Assembly: GCA_018064525.1 (NCBI GenBank)
Contig: JAGHVB010000010.1
Span: 40,684-104,683, forward strand
DNA from: Candidatus Treponema merdequi
GTDB lineage: Bacteria; Spirochaetota; Spirochaetia; Treponematales; Treponemataceae
DNA: 64,000 nt
Direction: 5' to 3'
Part shown: piece by piece, positions 29,566 to 39,031 of the stretch
Layout of the letters: each line of letters opens with the position of its first letter
How positions within the stretch are numbered: the stretch's first letter is position 1
Notes under the pieces: generated by a model
What the model was told of the DNA's origin: nothing
Seen by the model: only the letters and a program-made list of their open reading frames with translations
Database searches by the model: none
Translations under genes and position numbers: made by a program

Positions 29566-30602
29566 TTTGTTGTACAAAATCTAAACCCTATGTAATTATA
29601 AAATTCATTCGGATCAAAACCGTATCTGTCACCTGTGTAAATAAAACCTGAATACGAAGACCATGATCCGCCGCGGCAGACACGTTCAGAACCATAACGC
29701 GGTCCTGAAGCTCTTTCTCCAGGATTTACATCTGTGTAATTATCAAGCCAGTCCCAGCAGAACTCAAGAACATTTCCGCTCATATCATAAATACCGGCGC
29801 CATTTGCATTTCCACTGCCGGGAGCAGCAATTTTTCCATCTTTAAAAGCAGTACCTGCAGTTCCTACAATGTGAGTAGTATCTGTATTAACATCACACCA
29901 AGCGACACTTGTTTCTGCAACATCTTTAGAATCAAGTCCAAGTGCTGTAATCTGTCCTGAAGCAAGCGCTCCGCTTTGATAACCTGCTTTTGTCAGTCGT
30001 GCTGCATATTCCCATTCTGCTTCTGTCGGAAGACGATATCCGTCATTTTCAAAACGGCATTCCGCAAGATCAAGGCTTGCAGTATCTGTTGAATCTTTTA
30101 CAATTTCATTATTATGATAGTAGCATGGAGTTCTTCCCATCATCTCGCTCAATGCATTGCACCATACGACAGCATCATACCAGTTAATCATTGTCACAGG
30201 CTGATATTCACCGTCTTTTGTCGGAGCTTTTCCCCTGCGTCCATACGCACCTTCCTGTCCGGGATTTTGAAAAACATATCCGTTTTCTTCTGCAAAAGTT
30301 CTTACAACAAACCAGAGATTATATGTCGTTTCATATTTATTCATCTTAAATGCGGTAATCCATCTTGTTGCAGTCATCGACTGACTGTTTTCTCCGATTG
30401 TAAAAGTATCAAACAGAACACCTTCCTGAGGTCCAAGCTGTACAAGATTTATATCACTGAACTGTTCTTTTTTATTTGTGGAATTTTGCGGTACTGCAGA
30501 AAGTTCTGCTGAAAAAAACAAAGCAAGACAGGCTGCCATGATTCTGCAGAAAAAATATTTAAAAGCATTTTTATTTATTTGAAATCCAAAATTAATTTTC
30601 AT
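29562..30602 (-). CDS. SUMF1/FGE-sulfatase-fold exported protein
   Basis: PV..INWYDAVVWCN, YRLPTEAEWEYAAR, GIYDMSGNVLE, RGGSW, IGFRF. Confidence 0.88.
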   Translation of the reverse strand: MKINFGFQINKNAFKYFFCRIMAACLALFFSAELSAVPQNSTNKKEQFSDINLVQLGPQEGVLFDTFTIGENSQSMTATRWITAFKMNKYETTYNLWFVVRTFAEENGYVFQNPGQEGAYGRRGKAPTKDGEYQPVTMINWYDAVVWCNALSEMMGRTPCYYHNNEIVKDSTDTASLDLAECRFENDGYRLPTEAEWEYAARLTKAGYQSGALASGQITALGLDSKDVAETSVAWCDVNTDTTHIVGTAGTAFKDGKIAAPGSGNANGAGIYDMSGNVLEFCWDWLDNYTDVNPGERASGPRYGSERVCRGGSWSSYSGFIYTGDRYGFDPNEFYNYIGFRFCTTK

Positions 30603-31651
30603 TTTTTACCCTCCAGTCCGGCTTCCTGAAGCTCGATCTGTTTTTTTAATTTTCTTAATTCAATCTTTTTTTTATATGTATGCTTAATCGACTTTTTTTC
30701 TTTTTTGAAAATTCTGCCTCTCTGATTGAGAAACAGATTTGTTATTCCGATTCCGGCAAGACATATTCCTGTTACTATAACAACGGAATGCTGTCCAAGG
30801 TTAGCAAAAGGAAGATAAATATTCATTCCGAAAAAACTTGTAATAAATGTCGGAACAGAAATGACAACTGTAATCATTGTAAGTTTTTTCATTACCGCAT
30901 TCATATTGTTTGAAATTACAGAACCGAATGCATCGATGATGCGTGAAAAGATTTCAGAATAAGTATCTGCCATTTCAAGCGCCTGTCTGTTATCGATTTC
31001 TACGTCATCAAGCCAGTCACGGTCATCTTCATCAAGTCTGAAAAGTTTTGTTTTTCTGAACTTTTCAAGAAGAAGCTGATTGCTCTTTAATGAAGTCGTA
31101 AAAAATACGAGCGATTTTTCAAGGTTTAAGAACTGGATGATTTCTTTATTTTCTACTGCGTACTGAAGTTCACCCTGAATGCTCGAAGCACGACGGTTGA
31201 TTTCTTTTAAATAACGGAGATAAGTAATATCGCCACGACTCATAATCTGAATTATAAAAGCCGGAAAGTCATTCAACGAAATTCCCTTAACCCTGTTTGC
31301 TGCAAAATCTTTTAACACTTCGCAGTCTGTCCAGCAGATTGTAATGATTTTTTTTGGCATTACGATAACGCCAAGCGGAATCGAAAAATACGAAACTTCT
31401 GCAGTCGGAACAAAAATCGGAAGACGCATGATTGTCAAAACATAATCATCGGCATCTTCGATACGGGAAAGTTCATCAGGGTCGAGAATATCAAGAATGT
31501 GTTCCTGATCAATTTTATATTCGTTTTCTAAAAATGAAATATCTTCGCGGGTTACAGAACGGGCATCTATCCAGGTTTTCTTTGACGAGTCGAGTTCTTC
31601 TTTTTTGAGACTTATCAGTTTTCCGTTTTCCTGCTGCCAGAATGTAATCAT
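30599..31651 (-). CDS. corA: CorA family Mg2+/Co2+ transporter
   Basis: C-terminal 'MKKLT..PTFITSFFGMN' GMN motif; start 31651 or 31681. Confidence 0.9.
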   Translation of the reverse strand: MITFWQQENGKLISLKKEELDSSKKTWIDARSVTREDISFLENEYKIDQEHILDILDPDELSRIEDADDYVLTIMRLPIFVPTAEVSYFSIPLGVIVMPKKIITICWTDCEVLKDFAANRVKGISLNDFPAFIIQIMSRGDITYLRYLKEINRRASSIQGELQYAVENKEIIQFLNLEKSLVFFTTSLKSNQLLLEKFRKTKLFRLDEDDRDWLDDVEIDNRQALEMADTYSEIFSRIIDAFGSVISNNMNAVMKKLTMITVVISVPTFITSFFGMNIYLPFANLGQHSVVIVTGICLAGIGITNLFLNQRGRIFKKEKKSIKHTYKKKIELRKLKKQIELQEAGLEGKK

Positions 31652-31745
31652 AGTCCGTACCCTTTTGGTGAATTTTATCATATTTTTTTATTAGTTAAAA
31701 GTGAATTTTAGTCAGATTTTTCTGAATTATCCGTATATATGAGAT

Positions 31746-32186
31746 ATGAGAAATTTATTTTTTATTGTATGCGGAATTTTATTTTTTCCGGTCAGCTGCA
31801 TTTCAATAAATCCGGAAAAGCTTGTTTATTCACTCACAGGCTATGAAATTAACCGCGAAGAACTTTCTTTTTCTGTAAAAAATACAGGGACATTTGCTTT
31901 TTCAGATTTTATTATTTATGTGGAATTTTACAATACAGGTTCCTCAAATGATGATTCTGAAATAATAATTCTGCAGAAGAAAATCAACTGCAGCCTCGAA
32001 AGCGGTCTTACTGATGATTTTACGATTAATCTTTTACAGGATTCCGATTTATTTGAAATGACACAGTCTGAATCTGACGCTACGTTTGATGAAAATTCAA
32101 TATCAATTCAAAAAATTTACATAAAGGAAATCAATTTTGAAAACGGTACAAAATTTTCCGACTGTTATGGTTCGTGGAGCTTTTGA
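31746..32186 (+). CDS. Hypothetical lipoprotein
   Basis: Hydrophobic N-terminus with PVSC lipobox-like Cys. Confidence 0.55.
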   Translation: MRNLFFIVCGILFFPVSCISINPEKLVYSLTGYEINREELSFSVKNTGTFAFSDFIIYVEFYNTGSSNDDSEIIILQKKINCSLESGLTDDFTINLLQDSDLFEMTQSESDATFDENSISIQKIYIKEINFENGTKFSDCYGSWSF

Positions 32187-32232
32187 ATTTTAAGTTCTTG
32201 TTTATGAACTGTTTTTATGATAGTATTTTTTT

Positions 32233-32868
32233 ATGACTTTATTTCTTTTAACAATATTACCATTGAGTATTTTAATTTTTTATTTTCAGAAAGAAAAAAA
32301 CGACAGGGCTCATCTTTTGCCGATAATTTTCATCGGATTTTTTACAGGAACTTTTTTTATAACATATAAATTATTATTCTCAAGCATTTACTACCTTCCT
32401 TCTGCAAGTTTTGGCTTGAACTTTTTATACTACTTCTTTACACAGACATTAATTCCTTCAGCAGTCATTTTCGGACTTTTCTTCTTTTTTGGAAAAAAAG
32501 ATTCTGTCTCACAAAGATGTACATTCTTCTTTCCGGTTCTAGCTTCTTTTTATTCAGTATTTTTACCATATCTCATTTTAGAAACTGACAAGCCTTATTC
32601 TGCATTCTATCTTTTTGCAAAGCCACTTCTCTTTTTAAGCCTTTTCATCTTTGTTCACGTATGGCTGAGCAAAAAATGTACAATGAAAACAACTACTGCA
32701 AAAGATGTCTGCAACTACAGTGCACTTGTAATTGCTTTCTGTTTTCCGGCATTGATTGAATCTCTCTGGCTCATCGGAATAAATTTCTTCGTATGGTTTA
32801 TTCCAATGATTCTGTTTTTTGTAGTAAACATTCTCCTGATTTTCCCAAAATCAAACATTAAAGACTAA
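32233..32868 (+). CDS. Hypothetical polytopic membrane protein
   Basis: About 7 hydrophobic segments; extended -10 TGATAGTAT 6 nt upstream. Confidence 0.65.
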   Translation: MTLFLLTILPLSILIFYFQKEKNDRAHLLPIIFIGFFTGTFFITYKLLFSSIYYLPSASFGLNFLYYFFTQTLIPSAVIFGLFFFFGKKDSVSQRCTFFFPVLASFYSVFLPYLILETDKPYSAFYLFAKPLLFLSLFIFVHVWLSKKCTMKTTTAKDVCNYSALVIAFCFPALIESLWLIGINFFVWFIPMILFFVVNILLIFPKSNIKD

Positions 32869-32966
32869 AAAACAGATATTTTCGCAGCAAATTCCACTTT
32901 AAAATGCCTTGAAAACTTTAGTGAAATTTAATATTATAAGTAGTATCACATTTTTCGAGGTATATT

Positions 32967-34466
32967 ATGGCTACTCCTTTGGAAAACTATTTAAATTCAT
33001 GCGGTGGAAAACCTAATGCTGCAATGACAGCTTATGTTGCAAACCTCCAGCAGGTTGCAAAAGTCGGACCTGATATCGCTGCAAGCATCGTAAAAGAGCT
33101 TGAAAATCAGCGCAGTCATCTTAAACTTGTTGCAAGTGAAAACTATTGTTCTTTAAGCACACAGGCTGCTATGGGAAACCTTTTGACAGATAAATATGCA
33201 GAAGGATATCCGGAACATCGTTATTACGGCGGATGCGTAAATGTTGACGCTGTAGAATCTACTGCTGCCGCAGAAGCTATGAAACTTTTCGGAGCAGACT
33301 ATGCTTATGTTCAGCCACATTCTGGTGCTGACACAAACCTCGTTGCTTACTGGGCAATTCTTTCAGCAAAGGTTGAAACACCGACTCTTGAAGAACTCGG
33401 AGTTAAATCACTCAACGATCTGACAGACGAACAGCTCGATATGCTCAGAAAAAAATTCGGAAATCAGAAACTTATGGGTCTCGACTACTCTTGCGGCGGC
33501 CACTTGACTCACGGATACAAAATGAATGTTTCTGCACGCATGTTTGAATCTCATCCATACGGCGTTGACAAAGAAACAGGTCTTCTTGATTACGATGCAA
33601 TCGAAAAGCAGGCAATGGAAGTTAAACCATTGATCCTTTTGACAGGATTTTCTGCTTACCCGAGAAAAATCAATTTCAAACGCTTCCGCGAAATTGCAGA
33701 TAAATGCGGAGCAGTATTGATGGTAGACATGGCACACTTTGCAGGTCTCGTTGCAGGAAAAGTATTCGAAGGTGAATTTGATCCTGTAAAATGGGCAGAC
33801 ATCGTTACAACAACAACACACAAAACACTTCGCGGACCTCGCGGAGCCATGATCCTCTGTAAGAAAGAATTTGAAGAATATGTAAACAAAGGATGTCCGA
33901 TGGTACTCGGCGGACCACTTCCACATGTAATGGCTGCAAAAGCAATTGCATTCAAAGAAGCAAATACAAAAGAATACCAGGACTGGGCACATCAGGTTGT
34001 TAAAAATGCACAGGCTCTGGCAGAAGGATGTAAATCTCACAACATTCCACTCCAGACTGGCGGAACAGACAACCATCTAATGCTCTGCGATGTTACAGTT
34101 TACGGTTTAACTGGAAAACAGGCAGAAGCTGCTTTGTTTGAATGTGGAATTACTGCAAACGCAAATGCCCTTCCTTACGACAAAAACGGTGCATGGTGGA
34201 CATCAGGTATCAGAATCGGAACACCAGCCCTTACAACACTCGGAATGAACGAAGCTGATATGAAAGAAGTTTCTGACATCATCGACTTTGTCCTCAAGGG
34301 AACAAAACCAGGGCTCACAAAAGAAGGCAAACCTGCAAAAGGAAAAATTGACCTTGATGCAAAAGTAAAAGAAGAAGCTCGCAGCCGCGTAAACAAACTT
34401 CTTTCAGCACATGTCCTTTACCCGGAACTTGACCTTGAGTTTCTTAAAAAGGAATTTGTAAAATAA
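32967..34466 (+). CDS. glyA: Serine hydroxymethyltransferase (long form)
   Basis: LVASEN, KYAEGYP..RYYGGC, GGHLTHG, DMAHFAGL, TTTHKTLRGPRG, GIRIGTPA. Confidence 0.97.
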   Translation: MATPLENYLNSCGGKPNAAMTAYVANLQQVAKVGPDIAASIVKELENQRSHLKLVASENYCSLSTQAAMGNLLTDKYAEGYPEHRYYGGCVNVDAVESTAAAEAMKLFGADYAYVQPHSGADTNLVAYWAILSAKVETPTLEELGVKSLNDLTDEQLDMLRKKFGNQKLMGLDYSCGGHLTHGYKMNVSARMFESHPYGVDKETGLLDYDAIEKQAMEVKPLILLTGFSAYPRKINFKRFREIADKCGAVLMVDMAHFAGLVAGKVFEGEFDPVKWADIVTTTTHKTLRGPRGAMILCKKEFEEYVNKGCPMVLGGPLPHVMAAKAIAFKEANTKEYQDWAHQVVKNAQALAEGCKSHNIPLQTGGTDNHLMLCDVTVYGLTGKQAEAALFECGITANANALPYDKNGAWWTSGIRIGTPALTTLGMNEADMKEVSDIIDFVLKGTKPGLTKEGKPAKGKIDLDAKVKEEARSRVNKLLSAHVLYPELDLEFLKKEFVK

Positions 34467-34487
34467 TTTTTTTCACAAATAAAAAAT

Positions 34488-34529
34488 AAAAAAAGGTTTA
34501 CAGTTTTTTTTCTGTAAACCTTTTTTTTT
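34488..34529 (+). terminator. Intrinsic terminator after glyA
   Basis: AAAAGGTTTACAG-T8-CTGTAAACCTTTT perfect stem plus T-run. Confidence 0.85.
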
Positions 34530-34785
34530 GATTCAAGCCTGGTTTCATAACTCTGCACACAAATATCAAAATAATAATACAAATAATACATATTCGCTTA
34601 CTAAATTTGATATATTAATCAAAATAAACCTAATTATTATCAAAGTTGTCCAATAAATTCACGAAAAATCTGTGATAAATTACAACCATAAAAACAAAAA
34701 GTTTCCAATGGATCCGGGAAACTTTTTGTATAAAAAAAGTTCAGAGAATTTTCTCCGAAAGAGAATAAAACTTAAGGAGCGTTTT

Positions 34786-35553
34786 ATGAAAAGAACTGTT
34801 AAATTAACTGGTATTGTATCTGCTTTGTGCTTAGGAATATGTTTTGTATCGTGCGGTAAAAATGAACTTGCAGTGAAATTAGAAGATGGAACTTCTATCA
34901 ACTTCATCGAAGTTCCGGAAAATAACTACTGCATTACAACAACTGAAATTACCCAGAAATTTTACAAAGGTGTTACCGGCGAAAATCCTTCTAAAACTCA
35001 AGGCGATGATTTTCCTGTTGAATCTGTAAGCTATTATGATGCTGTCGTATTCTGCAACAAACTTTCACTTCTTCAGAAAAAAACTCCATGCTATTCTGTA
35101 AACGGCACAGCAAATCCAGAAGAATGGAATTACACACCACATACAAATACATCAATCGAAGATAAAATTGAATTGAATCTTAATGCCGACGGATACAGAA
35201 TCCCTACAATGGATGAATGGGATATCGCGATAAGAGGCGGTGAAAAATTTATGTACAGCGGAAGTGATGATCTCGATTCTGTTGCATGGACTGACTGTAA
35301 CAGCGGAAAGGTTCTTCATGAAGTGGCAAAACTTAAACCTAATGCATTCGGTCTTTATGATATGTCAGGAAATGTTTTTGAATGGGTATGGAGTGAACGC
35401 GATGACGGTTCAAGATATTACCGCGGAGGAAGTTACTTTGATGCAGCCCGTGCCGGTAAAGTAACAAACAAGGAAATGAATTATGCTTCAGGACAGTTTA
35501 AGACTGTTGGCTTTAGAATTACCTGGAACAAACCGGTTAAGGAAGGAATTTAA
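34786..35553 (+). CDS. SUMF1/FGE-sulfatase-fold lipoprotein
   Basis: AAGGAG SD, FVSC lipobox, PVESVSYYDAVVFCN, GYRIPT..EW, GLYDMSGNVFEW, VGFRI. Confidence 0.88.
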   Translation: MKRTVKLTGIVSALCLGICFVSCGKNELAVKLEDGTSINFIEVPENNYCITTTEITQKFYKGVTGENPSKTQGDDFPVESVSYYDAVVFCNKLSLLQKKTPCYSVNGTANPEEWNYTPHTNTSIEDKIELNLNADGYRIPTMDEWDIAIRGGEKFMYSGSDDLDSVAWTDCNSGKVLHEVAKLKPNAFGLYDMSGNVFEWVWSERDDGSRYYRGGSYFDAARAGKVTNKEMNYASGQFKTVGFRITWNKPVKEGI

Positions 35554-35578
35554 AAAAATATTCACGAAACAACTTATA

Positions 35579-36175
35579 TTATAAATTTATCTTTCCTCCT
35601 GAAAAATTTTTAATTCTTGCAGAGAATGTTTCAAACTGCTCTGCAAGAATTTTTGCTTTTACAGTTACACAATCTGAATATTCTTCTTTTATTTCATAAA
35701 TGACAAAATCTTTTAACTGACGTTTAATAATTTCATAAGTTGAATAATCACACGAAAAGCAGAAGTCTCTTTTTTCTACAAGTTCTTCTATCGCATTTTC
35801 TGAAACAGCTTTTTCAATGACAGATTTTGCACAATCACCATAAGCTTTTACAAGTCCACCTGTTCCGAGTAAAGTTCCGCCAAAATAACGAGTAACAGTC
35901 AGCAGAATATTCGTTATGCCGCTTCCCTTTAAAACATCAAGCATCGGGCGGCCGGCAGTTCCACCAGGTTCCCCTGCATCACTCATTCCCAGAACTTCTG
36001 CATCTTTTCCAATTACAAAAGCATGACAGACATGAGACGCATCCTGATATTTTTCCTTCTGGGATTTTATTACATCGCGGGCTTCAGTCTGAGAATTACA
36101 GATAAAAAGTTCATTTATAAAACGGGAATTCTTTACAATGATTTCTGTTTCAATTTTTTTAGAAAGTACTTTCAT
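35579..36175 (-). CDS. yigZ: YigZ/IMPACT family protein
   Basis: VKNSRFI, ASHVCHAF, SDAGEPGGTAG, VTRYFGGTLLGTGGL. Confidence 0.93.
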   Translation of the reverse strand: MKVLSKKIETEIIVKNSRFINELFICNSQTEARDVIKSQKEKYQDASHVCHAFVIGKDAEVLGMSDAGEPGGTAGRPMLDVLKGSGITNILLTVTRYFGGTLLGTGGLVKAYGDCAKSVIEKAVSENAIEELVEKRDFCFSCDYSTYEIIKRQLKDFVIYEIKEEYSDCVTVKAKILAEQFETFSARIKNFSGGKINL

Positions 36176-36185
36176 CTTTGATCTG

Positions 36186-37067
36186 TCAGTTATTTACTTT
36201 TGCATCTTCTGAAATTTTATCATAGTAAAATGGAATTGCAATACTTATTTTTGATGTAAACACAAGAACAACTATAAATCCAAGCAGACCAAAGAGATAG
36301 CCTAAAAACGAATTAAGCATTTTTTTAGAAAAACAAAAAAGCATCAGTTTTATAAAATCTATTGCAAGAATAATAAAAATACAATTACGGCTTATATAAA
36401 CCAGAAAACCAAAGAAATGAAAAAAATGAGATTTAACCATTTTAAAACTTCTTATGCATGCATTAATTCCAACAACATCAGGAAGATCATAAATAATAAT
36501 CCATACAAAAGAAAACATATAAAACAAAACACAGAAGCTTACACAAAAAATCAAAGCACCAACCTGCAGACAAACTGTCAGAACAGAAACTTCAAATGTT
36601 TTTCCTAAAATTACAAGATTTATAACCTGCTGGTTTGTTAAAAATTTTTCTATCGATTCTTGTGTTGAAAGATCGATATTCAAAATAACAGGCATCAATG
36701 AAAGAACAAGACATACAAAAAGCAGAATTGAAAAAATCCATACTGCACCTGAAGTTCTTGTATGTTTAAACCCCAGAAAAAGATATCCGATGCTCGACGG
36801 CTGATTTCTTTCAAGACGTGTAATTAAAACCATCACTCCATAATGCAATACAAAGAACATTGTTAAAACAACAAAAACAAATCCAATTGTAAAAATAGTT
36901 GTAAATGATTTTGGAAAAAGTTTTACAAGAATAAAATATAACGATTCAATAAAAAAAGAGCAGAAAGAATACAGCAGAACAACAAGTCCGAGAGCTATAA
37001 CAATTTTTCCGGCATTTGCCAGAAATTTATCATTTAATTCTTCAGACATTGTTTTAATAGACTGCAT
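36186..37067 (-). CDS. Hypothetical polytopic membrane protein
   Basis: Multiple TM segments; in operon with parE-parC. Confidence 0.6.
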   Translation of the reverse strand: MQSIKTMSEELNDKFLANAGKIVIALGLVVLLYSFCSFFIESLYFILVKLFPKSFTTIFTIGFVFVVLTMFFVLHYGVMVLITRLERNQPSSIGYLFLGFKHTRTSGAVWIFSILLFVCLVLSLMPVILNIDLSTQESIEKFLTNQQVINLVILGKTFEVSVLTVCLQVGALIFCVSFCVLFYMFSFVWIIIYDLPDVVGINACIRSFKMVKSHFFHFFGFLVYISRNCIFIILAIDFIKLMLFCFSKKMLNSFLGYLFGLLGFIVVLVFTSKISIAIPFYYDKISEDAKVNN

Positions 37068-37083
37068 ATCTTCCTGCCATTAC

Positions 37084-39018
37084 TTATTTGTCAGAAAAGA
37101 GTTCCGGCTGGGCACCTTCCACTTCAACTCTGTCTACTGCTTTGTTTGTAAGACGGACACCCTGTGCTTTCAATCCCTTTTCAAGATAATCGTTTGTTTT
37201 GAAGTTTTCTTCGAGCTTTGTAACCCGAGGCTTCTTAATATAATGTAAAGTAAACTTAAAGTTCTTTCTAGTATCAACATGCAGAACTTCCATTCCGTTT
37301 GGTGCAAACATGTAATCGCGGTTCATAATCCAGCTTGGAACACGGCATCGCTTGATGTAACAGTTCATTGTTTTTGGATCACGATAGATGATAGTAAACA
37401 ATACATTATTGATTATATCTTTATCAGCGTAGTTGCAGTACCACATTCCACTGTCAACGAAAAGTTTCTGCGGAACATCGCATACTGTATAAATTCCACT
37501 CTTTCTGACAAAGAAGATTCGGTCGTAAGGAGTAACTTTGAGAACTTCTGTTCCACCGGAAATTGAAGTTCCGAGATATCCTTTGTCGTCATAACGAAGC
37601 GGAGTTTCACGCTTAACGATTTTCTTAACTTCAACTGCCGTAAACTTTTCTATCTGAGTGCGGCGTACAAGAGCTTCCGGTTTGAATTTGTTAATCATTC
37701 CATCAAGATATTCAATCGCACACGCTGTAAGGTTTTTAAGTTTTTTTGCAATCTGCTTTAAGCGGTCATTGATTGCAGTAACCTGATCTTTATTTTTGTT
37801 GATATCGAAAAGTGAAATGCGGCGGATTGGAATTTTCAAAAGAGTTTCAACATCGTCGTCAGTTACTTCTCTGATTAATTCTTTTTTGAATGGAACAAAT
37901 CCGTCTTTAACAGCTTTATTGACACCTTCTGCAGTTTTCATCGTTTCGATTTTTTTATAGATTCTTTCTTCGATGAAAATGCGTTCAAGTGTTCGGGCAT
38001 GAAGTTCTTCTGTTAATTTATTTCTTTCGTATTCAAGTTCGTCCTTAATGATTGCTGTTAATTTTTTTGCATAATACTTGATGATTTCTGTCGCTGTCAT
38101 GGCAACAGGCATATTATCTTTGATTACGAGCATCTGACATGCAATTGATTTTTCACAGTCAGTATAAGCATACAATGCTTTTTCAACATCTTTTGCATAA
38201 ACACCACGCGGAAGTTTAATTTCTATCTGACAGTGATCTGTAGTAAAGTCATCGATTGCACCGATTTTAATTTTACCTGCTTTATACGCGCTTTCAATTG
38301 AGTTCATGAGGCTTTCAGAAGTTGTATCAACAGGAAGTTCTGTAATGACAATCTTCTTTTCATCGCTCATATCAAACTTGGCACGAGTTACGATTTTTCC
38401 ATTTCCATCGTTGTAATTGCTTACATCGATTAAACCACCAGTCGGAACATCTGGATAAATCTGAAACTTTTCTCCTTTCAAACATTTGATTTCTGCTTCG
38501 AGAACTTCTTTAATGTTGTAAGGAAGAATCTTTGTAGACATACCAACTGCAATTCCTTCTGCTCCGATAATAAGGGCAACTGGAACTTTTGCACGAAAGA
38601 CAACAGGTTCTGTATTTCTTCCGTCATAACTTGGAACATATTCTGTAATTTCCGGATTATACAGAAATTCTTTTGCAATCGGATGAACACGGCATTCGAT
38701 GTAACGGGGAGCAGAAGCCGGGTCACCAGTGAACATATTACCGAAGTTTCCCTGCTTGTCGATGAATACTCCTTTGTTTGCAAGAATTACAAGCGCTCCG
38801 CCGATAGAAGAATCTCCGTGCGGATGATATTTCATACATTCACCGACAACTCCTGCTACTTTGTGAAAGCGTCCGTCGTCGATTTTGAAAAGTGTATGCA
38901 TGATACGGCGCTGAACAGGTTTGAGTCCGTCTTCAAGATCAGGAATCGCACGGTCGCGGATTACATAAGATGCATATTCAATAAAGTTTTTATCAAAAAG
39001 ATTTTTTACAAAAGCCAT
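37084..39018 (-). CDS. parC: DNA topoisomerase IV subunit A (short form)
   Basis: RAIPDLEDGLKPVQRR, YHPHGD, PRYIE active-site Tyr; only 644 aa. Confidence 0.9.
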   Translation of the reverse strand: MAFVKNLFDKNFIEYASYVIRDRAIPDLEDGLKPVQRRIMHTLFKIDDGRFHKVAGVVGECMKYHPHGDSSIGGALVILANKGVFIDKQGNFGNMFTGDPASAPRYIECRVHPIAKEFLYNPEITEYVPSYDGRNTEPVVFRAKVPVALIIGAEGIAVGMSTKILPYNIKEVLEAEIKCLKGEKFQIYPDVPTGGLIDVSNYNDGNGKIVTRAKFDMSDEKKIVITELPVDTTSESLMNSIESAYKAGKIKIGAIDDFTTDHCQIEIKLPRGVYAKDVEKALYAYTDCEKSIACQMLVIKDNMPVAMTATEIIKYYAKKLTAIIKDELEYERNKLTEELHARTLERIFIEERIYKKIETMKTAEGVNKAVKDGFVPFKKELIREVTDDDVETLLKIPIRRISLFDINKNKDQVTAINDRLKQIAKKLKNLTACAIEYLDGMINKFKPEALVRRTQIEKFTAVEVKKIVKRETPLRYDDKGYLGTSISGGTEVLKVTPYDRIFFVRKSGIYTVCDVPQKLFVDSGMWYCNYADKDIINNVLFTIIYRDPKTMNCYIKRCRVPSWIMNRDYMFAPNGMEVLHVDTRKNFKFTLHYIKKPRVTKLEENFKTNDYLEKGLKAQGVRLTNKAVDRVEVEGAQPELFSDK

Positions 39019-39031
39019 ATTCCACTACTCC

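Noticed and set aside
32868-32966. ZTP or glycine riboswitch before glyA
   Set aside because: The leader is short and AT-rich, with none of the conserved aptamer motifs
33267-33480. Insertion in GlyA making it 499 aa
   Set aside because: Long-form SHMTs with this insert are known in treponemes and chlamydiae; not novel
34696-34727. Hairpin in the leader of the 34786 lipoprotein gene as an attenuator
   Set aside because: No antiterminator or leader peptide seen; more simply a second terminator downstream of glyA
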